Shown piece after piece: positions 19,455 through 28,685 of a DNA stretch of 64,000 nt. The stretch is from contig JAPLTX010000045.1 in assembly GCA_026397915.1 (NCBI GenBank), positions 152,561 through 216,560 of the forward strand, read 5' to 3'. Both the position numbers and the translations under genes were made by a program. Under the pieces are notes generated by a model. That model made no database searches and was not told the DNA's origin. It worked only from the letters and a program-made list of their open reading frames with translations. The stretch is from Verrucomicrobiota bacterium (GTDB taxonomy: Bacteria; Verrucomicrobiota; Verrucomicrobiia; CAIQCK01). Position 1 is the first letter of the stretch; each line of letters starts with the position of its first letter.

Positions 19455-20318
19455 CTAACCCGTCACTGCCGGCTGAACTGCAGGCAAGAGGTAATCAATC
19501 ACTTTCGCCAGCGTCGCCTTGAGTTGCTTGCGGTGAACCACCAGGTCAATCAGCCCGCGCTCCAACAGAAACTCCGCCGTCTGGAAACCTCGCGGTAATT
19601 CCGACTGCGTCGTATCCTTGATCACCCGCGGCCCGGCAAATCCAATCAGCGCGCTCGGCTCCGCCACAATGATGTCGCCGAGGCTGGCGAAGCTCGCCAT
19701 CACGCCAGCGTAGGTCGGATTCGTCAGCACGCTCACGTAAGGCAGCCGCGCTTGCGCGTGCCGCGTCAACGCCGCCGACGTCTTGGCCATCTGCATCAGC
19801 GACAGCATTCCTTCATACATTCGCGCGCCACCGGAGGCGCTCACGACGACGCACGCCATCCGCTCGCTGGTGCTGCGCTCAATAAGCCGTGTAATCTTCT
19901 CGCCAACCACCGATCCCATGCTCGCGCCGAGGAACCGGAAATCCATCACTGCCAACCCCACGCGATGCGGCCCCATCAGGCCCAGACCGGTGATTACGGC
20001 GTCCTTCAGGCCGGTTTCCTCGCGGTTCTGCTTGAGCTTGTCGGCGTAGGCTGAGACGCCGGTAAACTTCAGCGCGTCCACCGAGATCATTTCGCTGTCC
20101 ATCTCCTGAAAACTCCCCTGCTCCACCAGCGACGCAATACGCTGCCATGCGCCCAGCGGGAAATGGAAGCCGCACTTCAGGCAAATCCGCAGGTTCTGGT
20201 CCAATTCCCGCGTGTAGATCGCCTCGCCACAACTCTTGCACTTCGTCCAAAGTCCTTCCGGTATCTCCACACGCTTCGCCGGCGTCTTGGGCACTTTTGA
20301 TTTTTTTGCTTCGACCAT
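19455..20318 (-). CDS. accD: Acetyl-CoA carboxylase carboxyltransferase beta subunit
   Basis: GLWTKC zinc finger (CxxC...CxxC), GASMGSVVGEK, SGGARMYEG.LSLMQMAK, IGFAGPRVI. Confidence 0.96.
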   Translation of the reverse strand: MVEAKKSKVPKTPAKRVEIPEGLWTKCKSCGEAIYTRELDQNLRICLKCGFHFPLGAWQRIASLVEQGSFQEMDSEMISVDALKFTGVSAYADKLKQNREETGLKDAVITGLGLMGPHRVGLAVMDFRFLGASMGSVVGEKITRLIERSTSERMACVVVSASGGARMYEGMLSLMQMAKTSAALTRHAQARLPYVSVLTNPTYAGVMASFASLGDIIVAEPSALIGFAGPRVIKDTTQSELPRGFQTAEFLLERGLIDLVVHRKQLKATLAKVIDYLLPAVQPAVTG

Positions 20319-20333
20319 AAACTTCGTGTCTTA

Positions 20334-21065
20334 TTAACCGCGGCTCACCGTCAGCACCATCACCGATGCGGCGCCCGCAGTGCGCAGCACCCTAGCACAC
20401 TCGTTCGTCGTCGCTCCAGTGGTAAATACGTCGTCCACCACCACCACGCGCCGTTTCATGAATTCCGCAGGCCGGCGGAGCGCGAACGCACCACGCACGT
20501 TCTCCACGCGCTCCGACGCGTTGAGAAACGCCTGTGTCGCCGTGTCGCGCGTCCGTCGCAGGTTCCCAACGCTCAACGCCGCTGGCAAGGCGCGCACCAG
20601 CCGCCGCGCAAACCACTCCGCCTGGTTGAAATGCCGCTGCCGTTCCCGCGGTGGAAACAACGGCACCGGTGTCACACAATCCACCTTGTCCCATTCGATC
20701 CGGTCCCGCGCCACCGCGATGAGTAACTCCGCCAGCTCCGGCCCCAGCCAAAGCGCGCCGTTGTATTTGAACCGGTGGATGCATTCCCGCGCCACGCCCA
20801 TCAGGCGGCAGGCGCAGACGGCGCACTCAAAGTGAAATACCTTGTCCGCGCAGTGCGAACACCTGAAGCCCTCGCCGGCCAAGCCTTCAAACGGCAAACT
20901 GCACCGCTCGCAGAACGGCCGCCGCAACGGCTGCAAGTCCTTGGCACACTTGCCGCAAAGCATGCTGCGGCCACCAGCCTCGCGCGTTCCTTTGCAGACG
21001 GCGCAATCAGCCGGATAAAACAGTTCCAGCGCGACGTTTACCCATTCCTTGATCACTCCGATCAT
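20334..21065 (-). CDS. comF: ComF family protein (zinc ribbon + phosphoribosyltransferase)
   Basis: Four CxxC pairs, RHFNQA, VVDDVFTTGAT. Confidence 0.88.
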   Translation of the reverse strand: MIGVIKEWVNVALELFYPADCAVCKGTREAGGRSMLCGKCAKDLQPLRRPFCERCSLPFEGLAGEGFRCSHCADKVFHFECAVCACRLMGVARECIHRFKYNGALWLGPELAELLIAVARDRIEWDKVDCVTPVPLFPPRERQRHFNQAEWFARRLVRALPAALSVGNLRRTRDTATQAFLNASERVENVRGAFALRRPAEFMKRRVVVVDDVFTTGATTNECARVLRTAGAASVMVLTVSRG

Positions 21066-21933
21066 AGAACCTCGTAATGAGCCGCTCGAAACCCGCCAGC
21101 GCCAGCCACAACAAAGCAAGCGCCGGCCACGCGGCAAGCCCGTTCACCAACTCGAACGCTCCCGACCCAAATAGCCAGCCCAAGTTCTCCCCGCCATCTT
21201 CCGTCACTGCCAGCAGTATCCGCAACGCCGCCACCGCGCCCGCGTGGACGCCGATGGACAGGAACAGGGAACCTGACCGCACGTAACACCACGCCAGCAA
21301 CGCTCCCAATGCCGTCAGCGACACCATTGCCGGCAATACACCCGCCATTTGTGCGGGCGGCGCGCTCCAAAAATGCAGACCCGCATAGAGCAAACTGCTC
21401 ACCCACAACGCCTGCGCCACGCCCCAATCACGCCGTAGCGCGCCAAAGAGGACTCCCCGAAAAAAGAACTCCTCAAAAACACCCACTCCCACGCCAACCG
21501 CCAATGGCTTCATTGCATCCAGCCACGCAAAGCCATCCCACACCCGATGCCCCGCAAACAGCGCCGCGCATCCGAGCAACATCATCGCTCCAAACGCCAA
21601 CGCCCATCCGGTAACCGCTCGAAGCACGGCCAGCACCACCTTTGATCGCAGTCCCAGTTGTGCCAGATTCGCCATGCCCAACTCCCGCAACAACGGCCAC
21701 AGAGCCGCCACCGCAGTGACCATTGTGCAACGCTTGAAGAATTTTCCCCAAGGCTTCCCTGCAAACCAACCGAAGTGTTCGCAAACCCATTGCGTCGGGA
21801 ACGACAACACCAGCGCCACCGCCAGCACTGCCACCGAATAGATTCCGAGCACACGCAGGGTCTTCACGCGCCCCGATTCTCCGGTCGCAGTCCGAGAAAG
21901 CAAGCGAGAAACCGATCCCAAACCGAGCCGCAT
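21007..21933 (-). CDS. CPBP (Abi/CAAX) intramembrane metalloprotease
   Basis: EEFFFRG, YAGLH and IGVH motifs, several TM helices; start uncertain (21933 or GTG 21867). Confidence 0.82.
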   Translation of the reverse strand: MRLGLGSVSRLLSRTATGESGRVKTLRVLGIYSVAVLAVALVLSFPTQWVCEHFGWFAGKPWGKFFKRCTMVTAVAALWPLLRELGMANLAQLGLRSKVVLAVLRAVTGWALAFGAMMLLGCAALFAGHRVWDGFAWLDAMKPLAVGVGVGVFEEFFFRGVLFGALRRDWGVAQALWVSSLLYAGLHFWSAPPAQMAGVLPAMVSLTALGALLAWCYVRSGSLFLSIGVHAGAVAALRILLAVTEDGGENLGWLFGSGAFELVNGLAAWPALALLWLALAGFERLITRFYDRSDQGMGKRRAGTVLSG

Positions 21934-21993
21934 TCCAATACCGGTCGCTGGCGGGTATTGCGAATCTTTCACTACTTCCGCTAGACTCATCTC

Positions 21994-22671
21994 ATGGTTG
22001 GCACCCTGATTAACGTCGGCACCGTTCTCGTGGGCGGCTGCGTCGGGCTTTTTCTGCACCGCGCGCTTCCGGAACGGTTCCAACGCATCGTGCTGCAAGG
22101 GCTGGGACTGATAACGCTTCTGCTCGGCTTCCAGATGGCGCTCAAGACCGCCAACATCTTCATCGTGCTCGCCAGTCTGCTCATCGGCGCGTTGCTCGGC
22201 GAATGGTGGCGGTTGCAAGACCGGCTGGACGCGCTGGGTCGCTGGCTGGAATCGAAGTTCAAGCGCGGCGACAACGACCGCTTCACCGAAGGCTTCGTGA
22301 CGACGAGCCTGCTGTTCTGCGTCGGCCCGCTGGCGCTGCTCGGCTCCATCCAGGACGGCGTCAGCGGCGATTACAAAACCCTCGCCATCAAGTCGTTCAT
22401 GGACGGCTTTGCTGCGATGGTGTTTGCGGCTGAACTGGGCTGGGGCGTTCTGTTCTCCGCCGTGTCAGTGCTGGTTTACCAAGGCGGCATCACGCTCGCC
22501 GCCGCCCCGCTGCAACGCGTGCTGACCGACCCGATGATCAACGAAATGACCGCCGTCGGCGGCCTCATGATTGTCGGCATCGGCCTGATGCTGCTGGAGA
22601 TCAAGCGGCTGCCGCTCGCGAACTTCCTGCCCGCACTCGCCATCGCGCCGCTGCTGGCGAAGTTCTGCTGA
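21994..22671 (+). CDS. DUF554 family membrane protein
   Basis: GTLIN, FCVGP.A.LGSIQDG..G, IKSFMDG, ANFLPAL; promoter TTGCGA-18-TAGACT 6 nt before ATG. Confidence 0.88.
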   Translation: MVGTLINVGTVLVGGCVGLFLHRALPERFQRIVLQGLGLITLLLGFQMALKTANIFIVLASLLIGALLGEWWRLQDRLDALGRWLESKFKRGDNDRFTEGFVTTSLLFCVGPLALLGSIQDGVSGDYKTLAIKSFMDGFAAMVFAAELGWGVLFSAVSVLVYQGGITLAAAPLQRVLTDPMINEMTAVGGLMIVGIGLMLLEIKRLPLANFLPALAIAPLLAKFC

Positions 22672-22698
22672 GCGCGCCCACAACCGCTCCCAGCCTGC

Positions 22699-23490
22699 TT
22701 ACTGCGCAGCCCAGAACAACAACACCGCGCCCGCAAGAATGCGATACCAGCCGAAGCCTATGAACGTGTGTGTCTGGATGTAGCGCAGCAGCCACTTCAC
22801 GGCAATGAACGACACCACCGCCGAGACCACCGTGCACCAAAGCAGCAACAGCCAGTTCTCCGGCTCGGTTCCCGGCGGAGGATGATGCAGCGCCTTGAAT
22901 ATCTTCAGTCCGCCCGCCGCCAACATCGTGGGAATGCCGACGAGAAACGAAAACTCTGTTGCTGCCGGCCGGCTCATGCCCAGCGCCAGCATCAACAGGA
23001 TGGTCGAACCCGAACGCGACGTGCCGGGGAACACTGCGGCGATCAACTGTCCAACGCCCACCGCGACCACCACTGCCCACGTCAGGTTGCCCAATGGCTC
23101 CTTGTTCTCGAGCCACCACTCGATCACCAGAAAGAGCACGCCGCCGATCATCAACGCCATTGCGACTGGCACGGTTTCCTCGGGCAACTTGAAATGGAGC
23201 TTCTCCAGAATGACGCCACCGATGCCGGTGATCACAAACGCCGCAGCCAGCTTGATGATGAAGTCGCGCGCCTCCGGTTCACGCCAGCGGAAGAAAACCT
23301 GCCGCAGCCGGTCCGGAAACAACGGCAACACTGCCACGACCGCGCCGCACTGGATGACGACGTTAAAGAGGTCACTTTTCCGGACGTCCAGCGCGTGCTC
23401 CAGGATGAGCAGGTGACCGGTGGACGAGATCGGCAGAAACTCCGTGATGCCTTCGACAACGCCAATGATAAACGCGTAAAACCAATCCAT
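22699..23490 (-). CDS. uppP: Undecaprenyl-diphosphate phosphatase
   Basis: GVVEGITEFLPISSTGHL and PGTSRSGSTI signatures. Confidence 0.95.
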   Translation of the reverse strand: MDWFYAFIIGVVEGITEFLPISSTGHLLILEHALDVRKSDLFNVVIQCGAVVAVLPLFPDRLRQVFFRWREPEARDFIIKLAAAFVITGIGGVILEKLHFKLPEETVPVAMALMIGGVLFLVIEWWLENKEPLGNLTWAVVVAVGVGQLIAAVFPGTSRSGSTILLMLALGMSRPAATEFSFLVGIPTMLAAGGLKIFKALHHPPPGTEPENWLLLLWCTVVSAVVSFIAVKWLLRYIQTHTFIGFGWYRILAGAVLLFWAAQ

Positions 23491-23497
23491 AAACGGT

Positions 23498-23710
23498 TCA
23501 GCCTCCGGCCACGATGCGGACAACTTCCAACTTATCGCCCTCTTTCAGTTCCACATTTACGAACTGGTCGCGGCGCAGCGGTTCGCCGTTGTGTTCGACG
23601 ATGACGATGCGTGGGTCCAGGCCCTGCCGCTGGATGAAATCCGTGATCCGGCACGGCAACTCGATGGTCGCCGGCTTGCCGTTGGCAGTGATGATGGCAG
23701 TCGCTTTCAT
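23498..23710 (-). CDS. thiS: Sulfur carrier protein ThiS
   Basis: 70-aa ubiquitin-like protein ending GDKLEVVRIVAGG. Confidence 0.93.
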   Translation of the reverse strand: MKATAIITANGKPATIELPCRITDFIQRQGLDPRIVIVEHNGEPLRRDQFVNVELKEGDKLEVVRIVAGG

Positions 23711-24912
23711 GGCACCGTGCTTTCAGATAACGCCGGATCCCAGTCCTTCCAGACTGGCTCGTAACCCAGCGAACGAAGCTTGGCAGCTACCTCCGCCGCC
23801 GAGCGCATGTCCGCTATCACAAATTGCTCCGTCGCGCAACAATGCTCGCCTTCGGACGAGATCGCCGCAACCTCGACGATTTTACCATGCTCCGTCCGGT
23901 GCAGTGTTTCGCTGCCGGCTCCCGTGTAACCGCCCGGTTCCGTGTGGCTGCCCGCACTCATCTGTGTGACGCCAAGCGGAATCAACCCGTCACGCAACCA
24001 CGGCGACTCGCGCGTGCTCAGCACGAGGCCGACGTGCGGAAACGTCAACCGCAACGCGCACACGAACTGCGCCATCTCGCGGTCGGTCATTGGATGCCGT
24101 GGCTCAAACTCGCCCGCTGCGGGCCGCAGCCGCGGCAGAGACACTGTGAGCTGCGCACGCCAGCATTTCTTCAGCAGATACTCCGCGTGCGCCGCCACCG
24201 CGATGGCCTCCTCACGCCACTTCCAGAGGCCAATCAACGCGCCAATGCCGAGCCGCCGGAAGCCCGCAGCGCAGCCGCGCTCCGGCGTCTCCAACCGCCA
24301 ATCAAAATCCTTCTTCGGCCCCGCTGTGTGCATCTCGCGATAGACATCGCGGTTGTAGGTCTCCTGATAAACCACCAGCCCTTCGCAACCCGCCGCGACC
24401 ATGGGCCGGTAATCGTCCGTTTCCAGCGGACCAACCTCAATGCTGATCGAAGGCACGCCCGCCGCGTGTAACGCCGCCACGCAATCGCACAGGTAGCTGT
24501 TCGAGACAAACTTCGGATGCTCACCCGCCACGAGCAGGATGTTGCGGAAGCCTTCCGCCACGAGATGCCGCGTCTCCGTCATCGCCTGCTCCACGGTCAG
24601 CGTCGTGCGCAGGACCGAGTTGTCCCGTGAGAAGCCGCAGTATTTACAGTTGTTGATGCACTCGTTGGAAAGATACACCGGCGCGAAAAGACGCATCGCC
24701 TTGCCGAAATGCTTCACTGTCAGCGCGTGGCTCTCCCGCGCCATCACCTCCAGGAACGGCGTCGCCGCCGGCGAGATCAGCGCCGCAAAATCGGACAGCG
24801 AGCGATGCGCTCCACGAGCAAGCGCACGCTCTACGTCAACCGCCGTTGCGCGCTCAGCAAGTTTCGCGAGGTCAGCAAGCGGGAGCTCGTTGAAGACACT
24901 GACAAAACTCAT
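23707..24912 (-). CDS. thiH: 2-iminoacetate synthase ThiH (radical SAM)
   Basis: FAPVYLSNECINNCKYCGF, YQETY, SLPRLRP, MSAGS.T.PGGY. Confidence 0.94.
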   Translation of the reverse strand: MSFVSVFNELPLADLAKLAERATAVDVERALARGAHRSLSDFAALISPAATPFLEVMARESHALTVKHFGKAMRLFAPVYLSNECINNCKYCGFSRDNSVLRTTLTVEQAMTETRHLVAEGFRNILLVAGEHPKFVSNSYLCDCVAALHAAGVPSISIEVGPLETDDYRPMVAAGCEGLVVYQETYNRDVYREMHTAGPKKDFDWRLETPERGCAAGFRRLGIGALIGLWKWREEAIAVAAHAEYLLKKCWRAQLTVSLPRLRPAAGEFEPRHPMTDREMAQFVCALRLTFPHVGLVLSTRESPWLRDGLIPLGVTQMSAGSHTEPGGYTGAGSETLHRTEHGKIVEVAAISSEGEHCCATEQFVIADMRSAAEVAAKLRSLGYEPVWKDWDPALSESTVP

Positions 24913-24916
24913 TTGC

Positions 24917-25015
24917 TTACAAAAACGCTGTCATCCGCCTAACCACAGCGGGGTTCGTCAAGATGCTCAGTTGGTGCATGAGGAAACGTTAGCCCGAACC
25001 CACCCCGTTGCGCAA
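24917..25015 (-). promoter_or_regulatory. Internal promoter with candidate leader peptide/attenuator before thiH
   Basis: TTGCGC-18-TAACGT; ATG 6 nt later opens a 20-codon ORF (24979-24917); CGCTGT/ACAGCG hairpin followed by TTTTT. Confidence 0.5.
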
Positions 25016-25045
25016 GTTTGCCTGACATCGCGGTGCAGCGGCAAA

Positions 25046-25582
25046 TCAGTGACGGTTCACTGGTTTGTCGGGAGGATCTGAATCACTGCATGAATCTTCT
25101 TCCGCTTCCCGCGATTTCTTCTCTCCCTCGTGGCACACGTGCATGACCGCGCCTCCTACGCCACCGATGACAAACAACAGCAGTAAATCGCCGATGGTCG
25201 GCGCACGCATCCCACCGCCGACCACGGCGGCCAAGCCAGGCAGGCCGACCGTAATCAGCGTCAGGATGCCGCCCTTGATAAAGGCAGAGCCGACTTCCTT
25301 GGCCGTGACTTTCGGAAAATTGCCCTCAACCACCTCTGTCCCCTCCGGCGGAACGAAATCATCTGCCAGCGGTCTGGCCCCTTCCTCGCCTCGCAAGATA
25401 CGGCCGGCCTTTTCGGCATCTTCGTCAGATACTTCCAACCGGATCGGGATGGCAGTCGTGCCCGCTCCGACCACGGCAAGGCTGATCTCATCAAATAGAA
25501 ATCCCTCGATTCCTGCCGCCTGCAACCGTGATAACGCCAATGACGCCTCGGCTTGGTGGATGAACTTGCCGACGGTCGTCAT
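25046..25582 (-). CDS. DUF2007-domain membrane protein
   Basis: EASLALSRLQAAGIEGFLFDE...IRLEVSDEDAEKA N-terminus, two C-terminal TM helices. Confidence 0.78.
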   Translation of the reverse strand: MTTVGKFIHQAEASLALSRLQAAGIEGFLFDEISLAVVGAGTTAIPIRLEVSDEDAEKAGRILRGEEGARPLADDFVPPEGTEVVEGNFPKVTAKEVGSAFIKGGILTLITVGLPGLAAVVGGGMRAPTIGDLLLLFVIGGVGGAVMHVCHEGEKKSREAEEDSCSDSDPPDKPVNRH

Positions 25583-25594
25583 ACAAAGCTCCGT

Positions 25595-26386
25595 TCACCG
25601 CTCCAAGAATCCCGTTAATGGGCTGGTCGGCTGCGCTTCCTGCGAGCGCGGCGCAAGGCCGATCTCGTAGGCGTCGCGGCCGGCTTCGACGGCGGCTTTG
25701 AAAGCGCGGGCCATGCGAATCGGGTCGGCGGCGACGGCAATGGCGGTGTTGATAAGGACGGCACCGGCACCAAGTTCCATTGCCTCTGCGGCGTGGCTGG
25801 GCGCGCCCAATCCGGCATCCACCACAACGGGAACGGTGGTTTGTGCCAAGATAATCTCGATCTGCGCGCGCGTCTCAATGCCGCGAGCGCTGCCGATGGG
25901 CGAGCCAAGCGGCATGACCGTGGCGCAACCGGCGTCGGCCAGACGCTTCGCCAACACCGGGTCAGCGTTGATGTAGGGCAGCACGATGAAACCCTCCTTC
26001 ACCAACACCTCGGCGGCCTTCAACGTCTCGATCGGATCAGGCAGCAGGTAGTGCGGGTCGGGATGAATCTCCAGTTTCACCCAGTTGCCGAGGCCGGCAG
26101 CGAGGGCGAGTCTGGCAAGGCGAACAGCTTCGTCGGCATTCATCGCGCCGCTGGTATTCGGCAGGAGTTGCACGCGTTTGGCGTCAATGAACTCGAGGAT
26201 ATTCGCGAAACGGTCGTGCTGACCGCTGAGATCGGCGCGCCGCAAGGCGACGGTGACGATCTCGCTGCCGCTGGCGACGATGGCATCGCGCATCTGCTCG
26301 TTGGACGCGAACTTGCCCGTGCCGAGCAGCAGACGCGAGGTGAATTCGCGGCCGGCAATTTTCAACTTGGAAGGTTTGTCGGTCAT
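25595..26386 (-). CDS. thiG: Thiazole synthase ThiG
   Basis: [35 protein letters not shown]. Confidence 0.97.
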   Translation of the reverse strand: MTDKPSKLKIAGREFTSRLLLGTGKFASNEQMRDAIVASGSEIVTVALRRADLSGQHDRFANILEFIDAKRVQLLPNTSGAMNADEAVRLARLALAAGLGNWVKLEIHPDPHYLLPDPIETLKAAEVLVKEGFIVLPYINADPVLAKRLADAGCATVMPLGSPIGSARGIETRAQIEIILAQTTVPVVVDAGLGAPSHAAEAMELGAGAVLINTAIAVAADPIRMARAFKAAVEAGRDAYEIGLAPRSQEAQPTSPLTGFLER

Positions 26387-26456
26387 TTGAGCAAGTGATC
26401 AATAAGTCGTAATCAGTGAAGCTGCTATGAGGTTTACGCGCACTGAATGCTGGTCA

Positions 26457-27308
26457 CTAATTACCGGTTTCTGCCGGCTTCAGCACCTCGTTGGCACTGC
26501 CGCGGCGGTAGCCTTGAAGATCGAGCGCGACGTAGGCATAGCCAATCTCTTTGAGGCGGTTGACGATCGTTTCGCGGACGTTGTCCCCCGTCAGCCGCGC
26601 GATCTGGTCAGGCGCAACCTCGATGCGCGCAAACGGCACTGCACCGTTCGCCCCGCCGCGATGGTGTCGCACTCTCACGTCATGGAAGCCGAGGTCCCAG
26701 AGCGCATTCTCGGCAGCCTCGATCATCGCCAACGCTTGCGGTGTCACCGGCTCACCGTAAGGCACGCGGGAACTGAGGCACGCCATCTGCGGCTTCTGGG
26801 CCGTGGGCAGGCCAAGCGCAGCGGACAAGGCGCGGATGTCGGCCTTCGTGAGACCGGCTTCCTTGAGCGGCGCGCGAGCCTCAAACTTCACCGCCGCCTC
26901 CGCGCCGGGCCGAAAGTCGCCGATGTCGCTCGCGTTTTCGCCGTAAACGATCACCGCCATCCCCTCGGCTTTTGCGACGGGCACCAGTTTGTCAAACAGC
27001 TCGTGCTTGCAAAAGTAGCAACGGTTCGGCGGGTTGGCGACATAGTCAGCGTTGTCGAACTCGTCCGTCTTCACGACTCGAACCGGGAAACCAAACTCCT
27101 TGCCAAGTTGAAGCGCCTCGGCCAGTTCGCGCCGCGGCAGGCTGGGCGTATCGGCAATCACCGAGAGCGCCTTCGCCCCGAGCGTGTCGTGCGCCACGCG
27201 CGCCAGAAAAGCCGAATCCACCCCACCGCTATAGGCCACAAGCACACTGCCATAACCTCGCAGCAGATCGCGCAGGCGGTCGAACTTGGTTTGTAGTTGA
27301 GCGTCCAC
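26457..27308 (-). CDS. larE: LarE-family ATP-dependent sulfur transferase (PP-loop)
   Basis: AYSGGVDS, NRCYFCK, DFRPG, ACLSSRVPYG, LDLQGYRRGS. Confidence 0.9.
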   Translation of the reverse strand: MDAQLQTKFDRLRDLLRGYGSVLVAYSGGVDSAFLARVAHDTLGAKALSVIADTPSLPRRELAEALQLGKEFGFPVRVVKTDEFDNADYVANPPNRCYFCKHELFDKLVPVAKAEGMAVIVYGENASDIGDFRPGAEAAVKFEARAPLKEAGLTKADIRALSAALGLPTAQKPQMACLSSRVPYGEPVTPQALAMIEAAENALWDLGFHDVRVRHHRGGANGAVPFARIEVAPDQIARLTGDNVRETIVNRLKEIGYAYVALDLQGYRRGSANEVLKPAETGN

Positions 27309-27314
27309 GGAACG

Positions 27315-27343
27315 ACTGTAGCGAGGTTGACAGAGGGTGTCAA
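27315..27343 (-). promoter_or_regulatory. Sigma70 promoter of larE with a palindrome over the -35
   Basis: TTGACA-17-TACAGT, GTG start 6 nt later; TTGACA-N5-TGTCAA inverted repeat at 27327-27343. Confidence 0.7.
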
Positions 27344-27406
27344 AAAGCAATCAGCCCCGACGGGATGCGTCGAGGCTGGTCGCGGCGGGGAATTGTCATC
27401 AAGCCG

Positions 27407-28024
27407 CTAAGACGTATCCTCGCCAAGTTCCACGTTCCAGTAGGCGATATCGAGGAAGTGTTTCCAGCTTTCGTCGGGCTTGGGAATGGTCACCTGCACG
27501 AATGGGCGCCACTTCGGCCGCTTGGGCTTGCGGATGAGCCGCATGCCCGCCTCGGCCGGCGTGCGATTGGCCTTGCGGGTGTTGCACGGGATGCAGGAGC
27601 AAACGACGTTGTCCCAGACGGTGGTGCCGCCGCGGTCACGTGGGACGACGTGGTCAATGTTCAAGTCTCGCCGCTCGAACACCTTGCCGCAATACTGGCA
27701 GGTGTTGGCGTCGCGCTCAAAAATGTTGTGCCGGGTGAACTTCACCTCTTTGTGCGGGAGCCGGTCGAAAAACAGCAGCAACACCACCTTCGGGATGCGG
27801 ATGCGAAACCGGATCGTGTGGATGCTCTCCTCTTCGTGAGGAAACCGCTCGGAGAAACTGCGCCACTCGCCGAAGTCGAACGTATTGAACGCGCCGTTCT
27901 CCGCACACACGACCTCCGCATGGCCCTCGAAGAGCAGCGTCAACGCCCGCTTTACCGAGCAGATATTGACCGCCTGCCAGAGCCTGTTCAGCACCAACAC
28001 ATTGCTGTTGAGCAACGTTTCCAT
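27407..28024 (-). CDS. HNH endonuclease (McrA-like, standalone)
   Basis: VLVLN, RHNIFERD..CQYCG, IDHVVP..RGG...WDNVVCSC..CN..K; promoter TTGACA-18-TAATGT (28105-28076). Confidence 0.9.
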   Translation of the reverse strand: METLLNSNVLVLNRLWQAVNICSVKRALTLLFEGHAEVVCAENGAFNTFDFGEWRSFSERFPHEEESIHTIRFRIRIPKVVLLLFFDRLPHKEVKFTRHNIFERDANTCQYCGKVFERRDLNIDHVVPRDRGGTTVWDNVVCSCIPCNTRKANRTPAEAGMRLIRKPKRPKWRPFVQVTIPKPDESWKHFLDIAYWNVELGEDTS

Positions 28025-28184
28025 AGCTCGCTATATCTTTGTTTGCCGAATCGAAATCACTCGGAAACGCCGTGGACATTAGCACTTCCCCGCGAAAAGT
28101 GTCAACGCCCGCGCTGTTACGGAACGAAAGAAGCCGCTGGAGCAAGCAACCCCACCGAAGCGGCGTTCCGCCTACGCGATCTCA

Positions 28185-28685
28185 TCAACCCTTCTTCTTG
28201 ATCGTCTTCAGCAACCTCAACGCTTGTAGCCAGTTTTCCGATTGACCGGTAAACTGTCCGTTCCAAATCTGGCCGTCCACGTTCAGCATGAATATCCCCT
28301 GCACCTGATCGTCCGTCCCGCTCTTAAACCAGAACGCGGCGTGGTTTCCCGTGCAGTGTTCGCCCTCCAACCGTTCAACTTCATATTGTTTGCTGGTCAG
28401 CTTATATTTGCCCGTCCTCGCCGCCGCCTTCACGAACCCGTCGGCCAGTTTCCTCACCAAGGCCGGAATCTCTTCGGGTCTTGCCGGAGGCGGCCATTTG
28501 AAAAACATCAGAAGTCCGTTGCTGGCTATCGCCGGCGTCACCGAGTAGAAATCCACTCCATTGTCCCCCTTGTATTCCAACCTCCATCCTTCGGGAAGCG
28601 TCATCGCCAGCGGGCCCTCAGCAGCGACCGCAAGATGGCAACCCGTCACCACCATGAGCATCATTGCAAACAGTATGTAACGCAT
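28185..28685 (-). CDS. Small secreted hypothetical protein
   Basis: Signal peptide, LPEGW motif; visibly lower GC than its neighbours. Confidence 0.65.
   Translation of the reverse strand: MRYILFAMMLMVVTGCHLAVAAEGPLAMTLPEGWRLEYKGDNGVDFYSVTPAIASNGLLMFFKWPPPARPEEIPALVRKLADGFVKAAARTGKYKLTSKQYEVERLEGEHCTGNHAAFWFKSGTDDQVQGIFMLNVDGQIWNGQFTGQSENWLQALRLLKTIKKKG

Noticed and set aside
24936-24994. attC site (GCCTAAC...GTTAGCC)
   Set aside because: Only the R boxes pair; no complementary L boxes; better explained as promoter plus leader.
24913-25045. TPP riboswitch upstream of thiH
   Set aside because: GGGGTG and CTGAG occur, but GGGGTG lies in the promoter spacer and the ACCTGA...TAAT...GCG..GG core is missing.
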